Below are positions 1 through 8,900 of a DNA stretch of 64,000 bases, in pieces. Every line of letters begins with the position of its first letter. Position 1 is the stretch's first letter. The DNA is from a virus (taxonomy: Duplodnaviria > Caudoviricetes): IMG/VR virus record IMGVR_UViG_3300011113_000415; one strand, 5' to 3'. The notes under the pieces are model-generated. The model did not search any database. It saw nothing but the letters and a program-made list of their open reading frames with translations, and had not been told where the DNA came from. Position numbers and translations under genes: made by a program.

Positions 1-213
1 GATGTGGAGGATCCAGACTTGTATGCGGCTGATCCTTTGTACAAATGGCAACAGAGTGAGGCGGGTGCTTGGGTAATGGCTCATGCTGTGGAGCCACCAT
101 TTTGGGTCAGGCAACCCGACCTCAGCAGTTACGGACATCGCTACTATATTGTAGCCAGACTTCGAGAACAAGATCAAACTTATTTTAGACTTAAATGGAG
201 TAATAACAAATGA
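1..213 (+). CDS. Hypothetical phage protein, probably 5'-truncated by the window edge
   Basis: Frame open from position 1 to TAA at 211-213; stop overlaps the next start; GGAG SD precedes the next gene. Confidence 0.6.
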   Translation, partial: DVEDPDLYAADPLYKWQQSEAGAWVMAHAVEPPFWVRQPDLSSYGHRYYIVARLREQDQTYFRLKWSNNK

Positions 214-1178
214 AATTTTTAGTAACAGGCGGCTTGGGCCTTATTGGTCACAATGTGGTTGAACGTTTACAAAAGCGTGGCGAAGAAGTTGTAATTGTAG
301 ACAATCGCACCACCTATGGTATCATACCACAGGCAGAACTAGACTATCTCATGGCCGAACGTTGGCAAAAAATTACACCAACAGATGTATACTACACTGA
401 CATTGCTGATGGTGATAAAGTTGATCAGATTGTGGCCACTCATCAGCCTCAAATAATCATACACATGGCGTCATTCCCAAGACAAAAAGTTGTCAATGCC
501 AACCCTGCCTGGGGTGCTAGGGTCATGATGGAAGGTTTGATGAACATCTGCGAGAGTGCCAAAAAACACCAAGTTGAGCGTGTGGTATATATAAGTTCAA
601 GCATGGTGTACGGTGACTTTGAAGACCAAGTGGAAGAAGAAGCCCAGTGTAATCCCATTGGCCAATACGGTATCATGAAACTGGCAGGAGAAGACATTGT
701 CAAAGACTATCATCGTCGTGGTTGTTTTGATTATGCTATTGTCCGTCCCAGTGCTGTATATGGGCCCTTGGATGTGGAGGATCGGGTGGTTGCAAAGTTT
801 ATGCTTCAGGCCATGCGTGGTGACATTCTCCGGGTCAACGGAGCAGGAGAAACACTTGACTTCACCTATGTTGATGATGCGGCAGATGGAATTGTGGCAG
901 CGGCCACAAGAGTTATGGCGGCAAATCGTACATATAATATCACCAAATCGCATTCAGTAAGTTTGCTAGAAGCCGCAGAAATGATTGTGAAGATTGTGGG
1001 TCGTGGAACAATTGAAGTTAGAGATCGTGATCAAGATTTTCCTAGTCGCGGCGCATTAAATATTGATCGCGCACGAGTGATCTTGGGTTTTGATCCCAAG
1101 GTAGATGTAGAACAAGGATTCAAAAATTACTACAACTGGCTTAACAATTCCCCATACTGGTCTCCGAAAACAGTATAA
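210..1178 (+). CDS. NAD-dependent epimerase/dehydratase (extended SDR, NDP-sugar modifying)
   Basis: Rossmann motif TGGLGLIG, SSSMVYG, catalytic YGIMK (YxxxK), DFTYVDD. Confidence 0.92.
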   Translation: MKFLVTGGLGLIGHNVVERLQKRGEEVVIVDNRTTYGIIPQAELDYLMAERWQKITPTDVYYTDIADGDKVDQIVATHQPQIIIHMASFPRQKVVNANPAWGARVMMEGLMNICESAKKHQVERVVYISSSMVYGDFEDQVEEEAQCNPIGQYGIMKLAGEDIVKDYHRRGCFDYAIVRPSAVYGPLDVEDRVVAKFMLQAMRGDILRVNGAGETLDFTYVDDAADGIVAAATRVMAANRTYNITKSHSVSLLEAAEMIVKIVGRGTIEVRDRDQDFPSRGALNIDRARVILGFDPKVDVEQGFKNYYNWLNNSPYWSPKTV

Positions 1179-2223
1179 CACGCTTCGCACAGAAATTCTG
1201 GATGTGACAGATGAAGTGTTGCGTTCAGGTGTTCTTATGAATGGCAACTACACCGCCGAATTTGAATCATGGTTAGCCAAGAAGAATAGTGTGAGTTATG
1301 CTGTGACCTGTCACTCAGGCACACAAGCACTTGAGATCTTGGCCAATTTTTATCGCGACCACGACCTGGCCTTTGTACATCCTCCCACAGTGATAGTGCC
1401 GGCCCTAACCTATCCTGCCACTGCCAATGCCTTCTTGCGATCAGGTTGGCAAGTAATCATTGGAGATACTGACCGTTATGGTCAGATTGACGTGAAAAAA
1501 ATGATCCAGGACCTAGACACACATTATCATGCTGTATGTGCTGTGGGCCTGTATGGGGCGGCCTTGCGTGACATGCCGCCAGTTGAAAATCGAGCCATCT
1601 TGATAGAAGATGCCGCACAACACTGGCTCAGCGATGGATGTAAGAGAACCGGCGTGGCCGCAGCCATCAGTTTTGATCCCACAAAGAACTTGGCCAATTA
1701 CGGCAATGGTGGTGCCATAGTGTCCAATGACAGAAATCTCTTAGACTATGCAAGAAACTGGATCAACAATGGCAAGCACACACGGCACGATCAGACTGGC
1801 ACCAACTCCCGAATGAGTGAAACAGATTGTGCTCAAATGATGATCAAAACACGACACATTGATGCCTGGCAAAAGCGGCGAGCAGACATTGCCCATTACT
1901 GGATTAGTCGACTCAAGAACACAGGCATACGTACCTTGATTGATGATTCTAACTTTTCAACTCACTGCTATCACAAATTTGTTATCGAACTAGACTCAAG
2001 AGATCGTGTGCAACGCAATCTGGCCATACGCAAGATTGAAACCCGGATACACTATGCTGAACCTTTGCACGAACTACCTGCGTATCAAAATCTTTCGGGT
2101 CCAGATCTACTGAGTCCGGCCAGTGCGCTGAGCCGCCGTTGTCTAAGCCTACCTATCTACCCGGAGTTGACAGATTTAGAGGTGGAATACATCATGGATC
2201 AACTGTTAGATTCCGCTTCATAA
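1126..2223 (+). CDS. DegT/DnrJ/EryC1/StrS-family PLP-dependent sugar aminotransferase; probable ATT start at 1126 (track start is GTG 1204)
   Basis: EDAAQ and SFDPTKNL (PLP lysine) motifs; family-like N-terminus IPHTGLRKQYNTLRTEIL lies upstream of the GTG. Confidence 0.88.
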   Translation: MTTTGLTIPHTGLRKQYNTLRTEILDVTDEVLRSGVLMNGNYTAEFESWLAKKNSVSYAVTCHSGTQALEILANFYRDHDLAFVHPPTVIVPALTYPATANAFLRSGWQVIIGDTDRYGQIDVKKMIQDLDTHYHAVCAVGLYGAALRDMPPVENRAILIEDAAQHWLSDGCKRTGVAAAISFDPTKNLANYGNGGAIVSNDRNLLDYARNWINNGKHTRHDQTGTNSRMSETDCAQMMIKTRHIDAWQKRRADIAHYWISRLKNTGIRTLIDDSNFSTHCYHKFVIELDSRDRVQRNLAIRKIETRIHYAEPLHELPAYQNLSGPDLLSPASALSRRCLSLPIYPELTDLEVEYIMDQLLDSAS

Positions 2224-4006
2224 ATGCATAGGTTGCCAACCAAGACCACTCATAACTTTTCTTGAGAGCCTCAAAGTCTCCACCAACCTGTTCATAGTAC
2301 TCTACAGCATCCTGCGCACCTTTGGAACTCCATTGTCCGGCTCCATGATCCACATCAAGCCAAACTTTCAATCTATATTCATTCTCCACATCAGGCAAAC
2401 TGGCTCGCAGTTTCAGTGCTTCACGGAACGCTGTGCGCCAAGCGATCCAGTTTGAAGTGTAATATATGGCTTCTCCTGACAAGATGGGCACAACTTCGTG
2501 TGGTTGATCCAAGGTGAAATCCAGTCCCTGTCCGGTATTTTCTAGCACCAACTTCCGATTATAGGCAATCATGCCTTGGTGACCGTATTCGAGATCGTTG
2601 ATGCTGTTTCTGGCATGAAAGATATAGTGCTTGGCCTGTTGCATGCGATCCGGCTGCCAACTCCAATCAAAGTCTTTGTTTACACGCAATTTGGCAAACA
2701 CAGCAAAGAACCAAGGTGTGGTACTCATTTCGGCCGCGGCATGATAGGCCGCCACACGCCCCGACACACCATCTGACCAGTGTATCCTATTGACAGCAGG
2801 CTGGGCCACAGTTGTTAACCAATTGAAGTTGGCTTCGGTATCCTTTTCACCATTAGAGATAAACACAATATCTAGGGGCTGATCTATATCATGTACACGA
2901 TGTGTTTTGTCTATATAGGGATAGTCATATAACTGTGTCTTGATATAAGGAACTGCTGTTTTGGGAACAATTACACTGCTGGCACCTAACGAAAGTGGTA
3001 CAACAGTTTTGGTTAGTTCTCTCCATAGCGGGATTGTTATCTTGGGCAACGATTCTGACTCACTTTTTGTAAACAGAGCCAATGGCCCTGCCCAGTCTAG
3101 GCTTCGAACAGCATCTGCTTGACTATCTAAATCATGTGTGATCACGGGTATAGGTCTACGTGGCACACTTATACTGATAAAGTTCACATCATACCATTCC
3201 AGCAAATCAACATGTTCTGCTCGAGCCGCAAATGTAGGCACATGCATAAAGAATGTGTCTCCAAATTTCTCTCCATTAGATGCAAACACATGCAACATTG
3301 TGGCTTGCCATTGCTCAGGGTGCCATGAAAAATCAAAGTTGGTGTAATCGCAAATTGAGGAACACACCCACACAAATTCATGTTCGGTGCCTATACTTCG
3401 AGCCAGTCGAATTAAAGTATCTCTATAGTTGTCAAAATATCGCACAGTGCGAGTGGTGTTGGCAATTTTCCCTGCGGCACCATCCATGTGATCAATTTCG
3501 TATATGGCTGTGGCCACTCGATTGGTGTGTACACGTATCTGATCCACAAACTTGATATCTGTGGCGCCAGGCACTCGATACTGTGGACCACCAGTGCGTT
3601 GGTGTTGTGTGCCAAATTGATATATGTAGGGAGGGTCTGTGAAGTCAGGATGCCAGGTCCAATCAAAACTTGCGGTGTCTATACCTTTAGGAACTTGCCA
3701 ACGACTTGGTTCTTTATGCACACGATTTACAACAGGTTCAGTATGATAATTAGTATCTGTGTATCCTTGTCTGGGCACAAGATACACACCAGCATCTTTT
3801 TGCCACTGGCTGGGCCAAGCATGTCTCTGATGACTTTGCCAGGGCGGGGGCTCCCAAAGAAAATCAAATGCCGAATAGTCCGCTAAGTATGTGATCCACC
3901 AAAAGTATCTAGTACGACTTTGCTTTTGTGCCTGTTCAACTGATTTTACCTGCCGTTCATGCGGAAATAAATTGGGTTTGGTGCCTGTATAAAATACATC
4001 AAACAT
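2192..4006 (-). CDS. Multidomain glycosyltransferase-like protein with four FD(W/F)xW(H/E/Q)P repeats and a C-terminal GT-A-like domain
   Basis: 604 aa; C-terminal DIVFISNGE...AYHAAA...HARN..N.L.YG block resembles ORF 18935..19861. Confidence 0.55.
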   Translation of the reverse strand: MFDVFYTGTKPNLFPHERQVKSVEQAQKQSRTRYFWWITYLADYSAFDFLWEPPPWQSHQRHAWPSQWQKDAGVYLVPRQGYTDTNYHTEPVVNRVHKEPSRWQVPKGIDTASFDWTWHPDFTDPPYIYQFGTQHQRTGGPQYRVPGATDIKFVDQIRVHTNRVATAIYEIDHMDGAAGKIANTTRTVRYFDNYRDTLIRLARSIGTEHEFVWVCSSICDYTNFDFSWHPEQWQATMLHVFASNGEKFGDTFFMHVPTFAARAEHVDLLEWYDVNFISISVPRRPIPVITHDLDSQADAVRSLDWAGPLALFTKSESESLPKITIPLWRELTKTVVPLSLGASSVIVPKTAVPYIKTQLYDYPYIDKTHRVHDIDQPLDIVFISNGEKDTEANFNWLTTVAQPAVNRIHWSDGVSGRVAAYHAAAEMSTTPWFFAVFAKLRVNKDFDWSWQPDRMQQAKHYIFHARNSINDLEYGHQGMIAYNRKLVLENTGQGLDFTLDQPHEVVPILSGEAIYYTSNWIAWRTAFREALKLRASLPDVENEYRLKVWLDVDHGAGQWSSKGAQDAVEYYEQVGGDFEALKKSYEWSWLATYAFMKRNLTVDP

Positions 4007-5135
4007 GATTAGAATAGACGAAATTTACGAAAATACATTTTTACCCTGGGTGCAAAAAAATTGTCCCAATACTTCACTATTTTATTGTGATCCTTTTGGT
4101 CGAAGCGATCCTGACAGTATTCTCTGCAGAGGACTTGCGGATGGTGGAGAGAAAAATAGCATATTCTTTTTTGATCAGGAACCTATACAATTAACTCAAC
4201 ACATTCCAACTTTTGACCGTTATTTTATGAACACTGGCTATGCCGCTCTTGATTGTAAATTTGTAGTATCTAGTGAAACCAACAGTGACAATCTTGATTA
4301 TATATGCAAACGTTTTCATTTGCGACCTTTTTATTATTTTTTCCACGGTTGGGCGGCATTGGATTGGTATAGAGGATACGACAAAACATTTTTGATCAAA
4401 CCACCGGATCAAAGACAAATAAAAAAAACTTTCTTTAGTCCTAATCGTATCATTGGAGGGGAGAGGAAACACAGAGTTTTAGGATTGTACCATATGGCAA
4501 GGCTCAATCTATTAGACAATCATATAAGTGTTCCTGAAGTTTGTCCTGTGGAAAACCAATCTATTCAACAAATTGCTTCTTATTTTGAAAATTATTGGCC
4601 CGCGCCCAATTGGGGTATAATGGATACAATATCAGCCATGTCTGTGCCTAGACTTTTTCCTGGAGAAGATACACAGAAAATGAGTAGTTGTTGGTTAGAT
4701 CAATTCGACCTAACAGCCGAATCTTTGGTATACTATGTTAGTGAAACTGTGTATTTTGGACGTAGACAACATTTAACAGAAAAAACATTTAAACCCATTG
4801 CTATGGGAATGCCATTCATTCTCAACGCACCTGCTGGTAGTCTTGCCTATCTTAAAAAATACGGATTCAAAACCTTTGACGGCATATGGAACGAAGGTTA
4901 TGACCAAAATACCAACGATTTAAATCGAGTTGAAGACTCGGTCAAAATATTGCACGGATTAGAGAGTCTTTCTCAGAAGGAAAAACAAAAAATATTTGAA
5001 AGATGCATTCCAATTATTGAACATAACTGGAATCATTTTTATAATGGTGGATTTGAAAAACTTTTGTGGGAGGAATTAACTTCCATGTTAGACAATCTCA
5101 AGGCAGCAGTGAATGGTGATTTATCTAGCCATTGA
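4005..5135 (+). CDS. Glycosyltransferase-like protein (GT10/fucosyltransferase-like TEK motif), paralog 1
   Basis: C-terminal YYVSETV...HLTEKTFKPIAMGMPF; AT-rich (18/60 GC at 4021-4080). Confidence 0.5.
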   Translation: MIRIDEIYENTFLPWVQKNCPNTSLFYCDPFGRSDPDSILCRGLADGGEKNSIFFFDQEPIQLTQHIPTFDRYFMNTGYAALDCKFVVSSETNSDNLDYICKRFHLRPFYYFFHGWAALDWYRGYDKTFLIKPPDQRQIKKTFFSPNRIIGGERKHRVLGLYHMARLNLLDNHISVPEVCPVENQSIQQIASYFENYWPAPNWGIMDTISAMSVPRLFPGEDTQKMSSCWLDQFDLTAESLVYYVSETVYFGRRQHLTEKTFKPIAMGMPFILNAPAGSLAYLKKYGFKTFDGIWNEGYDQNTNDLNRVEDSVKILHGLESLSQKEKQKIFERCIPIIEHNWNHFYNGGFEKLLWEELTSMLDNLKAAVNGDLSSH

Positions 5136-6303
5136 TCATAGAGACCATATATCTGGCAGGCCCATGCCCAATGGTATTCCTTTGGAACAACATCACATGA
5201 TCGAGCATATGGATAGTTATAGATTAGATTATCCAAGGATTATATATTATCTTCACCAATGTCGTATTCCAATGCAAATTGTTTCAACAGTTGATGCGCC
5301 TTTAGGTTCTTGGTATCCGGTAGTCTTGAGTTGGTTTGATTTTTCATTAGACTATTTTACAATGATTAGTGCAGTTGCTTTTGAACGCATACAGAAAAAA
5401 CAAATGCGTCTTGTGTTTACCTATCACGAAGGAGATAATCCTAAAAGAATAAGAGAAAGAATCAATCAGTTGTGCGCTGATCACTCAGTTGATCCTACCA
5501 TGACATGGCTCATAAGCGGTAACAGTTCAGCAGATTTAGTACCCGGTTGTATATACTGGCCAGAATTAGAATTTATGTATTGGCGTACAGTTGATAGATC
5601 AGCAGGTGCTCAGTATCATGAACACGCAAGATCGCGTGCGTTTACCGGATTGTGCAGGATAGACAAATTGTGGCGCAAGGTGTTCATGAGCGAACTATGG
5701 GCCGAGAATTTACACAATAATGGATACTTTAGTTATACCCAACACTTGCTAGGCGGCGAAGACAACTACTTTGAATGTGCATTGCGTAATGGTTATCTTC
5801 AAAAAAAACAAAGTCAAGTTGATAAATTTATCAAGGCAGGCCCTTTTTATGTTGATACCTTAGACTCACATGCTCACAACAATTATTCAGTGAATATGAC
5901 TGAACTGTATGAAGACAGTTATTTTAACATTGTATTGGAGACTATGATTGATGTAGACAACTCAGGTGGACAATTTTTAACAGAAAAAACATTCAAACCC
6001 ATATTCAATAATCAATTTTTTGTAGCGGTAAGCAGTCACAATCATATGGCACACCTGCGCGAACTAGGATACCAAACTTTTGGACGTGTGATAGATGAAC
6101 ACTATGACTCAATTGACAACAATCAACAAAGATTTGAGGCTGTGTTAGAAATCACTAAGAGTCTGTGTGCTCGGCAATTATCAGAGTTGCATGAGATCTA
6201 TCACGAATTACGGCCCGAGATCACGCACAACCATCAGGTGTTCATGGCAGGTATGAGGCATAGATTACAGGCCGTAGTTGATAGAATCAACTGCAAACAG
6301 TAA
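5113..6303 (+). CDS. Glycosyltransferase-like protein (TEK motif), paralog 2
   Basis: YFNIVLET...FLTEKTFKPIFNNQFF...LRELGYQTF...IDEHYD. Confidence 0.5.
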   Translation: MVIYLAIDHRDHISGRPMPNGIPLEQHHMIEHMDSYRLDYPRIIYYLHQCRIPMQIVSTVDAPLGSWYPVVLSWFDFSLDYFTMISAVAFERIQKKQMRLVFTYHEGDNPKRIRERINQLCADHSVDPTMTWLISGNSSADLVPGCIYWPELEFMYWRTVDRSAGAQYHEHARSRAFTGLCRIDKLWRKVFMSELWAENLHNNGYFSYTQHLLGGEDNYFECALRNGYLQKKQSQVDKFIKAGPFYVDTLDSHAHNNYSVNMTELYEDSYFNIVLETMIDVDNSGGQFLTEKTFKPIFNNQFFVAVSSHNHMAHLRELGYQTFGRVIDEHYDSIDNNQQRFEAVLEITKSLCARQLSELHEIYHELRPEITHNHQVFMAGMRHRLQAVVDRINCKQ

Positions 6304-7768
6304 CACCATACAACTGTTCAAATCTATCAGCGTCTGCCCGATCATTGACCATGGGCTCACCGCGTATGTTGAGACTGGTGTTCAACAACATCGGGCAGCC
6401 AGTCATCACATACCATTTCTCAAGCAGTTCTCGTATTCCTGATCCATCTTTCGGCACAGTTTGAACACGACTAGTGTTGTCAACGTGAACAATAGCAGGA
6501 AATAACTCAGGAACCCTACAGCGAGCGACTGACTGCATATACCTACTATGATGCCAACCACTAGGCATATCAAAGTAAGTATCACATAATTCCTCCAGTA
6601 TAACTGGCGCAAAGGGTCTAAATTGTTGTCTGCGTTTGATCTCATTTACTTTCTCCTTGATCTCGCTGCCTCTAGGGTCTGCAAGGAGGCTACGGTTTCC
6701 GAGTGCGCGGGGGCCGAACTCGGCTCTTCCTGATGCCACTCCGACAATTTTATCACTAAGAAGCCGGTCCAATAACTTGTTAACAGGATAAACACCTGGA
6801 ATGCAATGGCCCAAATAACTGTCGCGCCAGTTAATTCTACGCCCAAAAGCCAAAGCGGCAGCACCGAGACTGCTACCAGCGTCACCAGGGCAAGGCATAA
6901 TCCAGATTTTGTCAAAGTAATCTCCTAACATGCGGTTGGCTGTGCAATTTAAAGCCACCCCACCCATATATACCAAGTTTGCACTAAAATTCAAGTTTCT
7001 TGCACGAATCATGACTTCGCGAATCAAATCTTCGGTGACCAACTGCGCGGCAGCCGCAATGTTTTCTGGGCTTGAATGCTCCAAAAATTCAGGATCCATG
7101 CCAGTATGAAAGTTGCGTTTCATACGTATGTCACGCTGATCTGCAATCACATGTTTGCGCATGTCCTGATACCATGTGTTGCGGCCCCAGGCTGCCATGC
7201 CCATGGTGATATATTCTTCGTCCAGGGGGTGTAGACCAATGCGTTCGGTGACTGCACTGTAGAACAAACCAATTGAGTGTGGATACAGTTGACGCCACAA
7301 CCGACGGTACTGAGCCCGACCATTTCGATCATATTCTGCACCCCATATGCTGATGGTATCCCATTCGCCTATGGCATCTATTACCACCACTGTGGCACGT
7401 TCAAACGGTGATGTTTGAAATCCTGCGGCTGCATGACTCAGGTGATGATTGTAGTTTATAAATTTGCAATAATCGGTGGCCAAGCCGGGCAACTGCGATC
7501 TCAGTATTTGTCGAACAGTTATTTTGTCTCGATCTATGCCTTGACCTGCATATAATTGTCTCAGTTGTTTGGCCCAAGGCCTTTCATAATATGCAATAAC
7601 ATCTATGTCGCGTCCATATAGTTCACTTACCAATGCAGGTGCAATGTTGGCATCATTTTTTATTTTGCTGTAGCGTTCGCTATGACTAGCAAACAAGATT
7701 TCACCTTCAGGCGAAATTACAGTGGCGGCCGCATCATGGAAACCGGCCGAAATGCCCAGTATGTTCAT
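6287..7768 (-). CDS. O-carbamoyltransferase, NodU/CmcH/TobZ family
   Basis: ILGISAGFHDAAA, HHLSHAA, VIDAIGE, GRAEFGPRALGNRSLLADPR, RPFAP, HVDNTSRVQTV, LLNTSLN. Confidence 0.95.
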   Translation of the reverse strand: MNILGISAGFHDAAATVISPEGEILFASHSERYSKIKNDANIAPALVSELYGRDIDVIAYYERPWAKQLRQLYAGQGIDRDKITVRQILRSQLPGLATDYCKFINYNHHLSHAAAGFQTSPFERATVVVIDAIGEWDTISIWGAEYDRNGRAQYRRLWRQLYPHSIGLFYSAVTERIGLHPLDEEYITMGMAAWGRNTWYQDMRKHVIADQRDIRMKRNFHTGMDPEFLEHSSPENIAAAAQLVTEDLIREVMIRARNLNFSANLVYMGGVALNCTANRMLGDYFDKIWIMPCPGDAGSSLGAAALAFGRRINWRDSYLGHCIPGVYPVNKLLDRLLSDKIVGVASGRAEFGPRALGNRSLLADPRGSEIKEKVNEIKRRQQFRPFAPVILEELCDTYFDMPSGWHHSRYMQSVARCRVPELFPAIVHVDNTSRVQTVPKDGSGIRELLEKWYVMTGCPMLLNTSLNIRGEPMVNDRADADRFEQLYGVTVCS

Positions 7769-7866
7769 TTGTAGATAAATGGATCTCGCTTGCGCAATTC
7801 TTTTAGTTTTTTACGATATCTAATTTCCAATGTAATTCTTGCCCAAAGTCTGCGTATCCAATTCAT
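7765..7866 (-). CDS. 33-aa basic micropeptide MNWIRRLWARITLEIRYRKKLKELRKRDPFIYK (not in ORF track)
   Basis: Translated by hand; fills the gap exactly with ATGA start/stop overlaps at both ends. Confidence 0.8.
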   Translation of the reverse strand: MNWIRRLWARITLEIRYRKKLKELRKRDPFIYK

Positions 7867-8900
7867 TTCATGCTCCTGATTTGTTGTTCCATATAATCTG
7901 AGTCACTCCAGCGGTAATCATACGTGGCCTGGGCGGTACTGGTACGTATTGCGTACACATCTTGATGCTGTCTCAGTTGTGAATATATGGCTTCCCAGTT
8001 TTGCGTACCAAAGGACCTCAAGAGATCAACCTGTCCGATTTGAGGATGACCGATTGTGAGACTCGGGTCATCTGGGTCAAATCCATTCCGTTCAAGCCAT
8101 TTTCGAAATTCTGCCAACTGTTGCTTTTGCCAATGAAATGCACCGGTATCACGGGCCCATTCAATATCAAAATCACCAGTCGCTTGAGTCTGAGTACGTA
8201 ATCCTGTAGTAACCAGTTCACCGATGCGCGAATCTTTGCCTTCATCACAAAATACTTCCCAATGATGTTTGCCTACTGCTTTATTTACGCCCACATACAC
8301 CCCGCCTAATTTTCTGTTGATTGTTTCTATACCAAACATTTCAAAATCAGATTTTTCTAATTCAAAACGTGGAGCCTGCAACCAACACATGAGTTGACTA
8401 GGTCTGCGCCATTCGGGTGCCTGTATTGCTTTTCTCATGCTTAAAACTAGACTTTCCAATTCGTGACATAACAAGTTCAACTGACGTATGTGCCAGCGTG
8501 TGATATCATCTGCGGCATTATAAAGCGGACTCATTGCACCTGCTGTGCCTTGCAAATCTTCAAAATACCTATGCAATTGATTCATTTGATCATGATTGAT
8601 ATCTAGGTTTGATTGAATTACATTTGCGGGGCTAAAATAGTTTTCGATTCGATATTCCAACGTGCTGGAATTTATGGCGTTTATTGATCTATTGATTAAT
8701 GTACACAAATATTCAGCATTTCGTTCGCTCTCAGCCCAGCCCAACCAGCAGTAATTTTTTTCCAGGTGAAGATTACGATGAATAATATTGTTTAATGCAG
8801 TCAACCACTTGCGACTTAAACTATTGTCGGCCACATCTATATACACTGTCAATAATTGACTGTTGGTACTGCGTAGGTCTATTTCAATTGAATCAAGCAA
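7863..8900 (-). CDS. Hypothetical protein in the tailoring cluster
   Basis: 345-aa ORF coupled to both neighbours; no motif recognised. Confidence 0.75.
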   Translation of the reverse strand: MLDSIEIDLRSTNSQLLTVYIDVADNSLSRKWLTALNNIIHRNLHLEKNYCWLGWAESERNAEYLCTLINRSINAINSSTLEYRIENYFSPANVIQSNLDINHDQMNQLHRYFEDLQGTAGAMSPLYNAADDITRWHIRQLNLLCHELESLVLSMRKAIQAPEWRRPSQLMCWLQAPRFELEKSDFEMFGIETINRKLGGVYVGVNKAVGKHHWEVFCDEGKDSRIGELVTTGLRTQTQATGDFDIEWARDTGAFHWQKQQLAEFRKWLERNGFDPDDPSLTIGHPQIGQVDLLRSFGTQNWEAIYSQLRQHQDVYAIRTSTAQATYDYRWSDSDYMEQQIRSMK

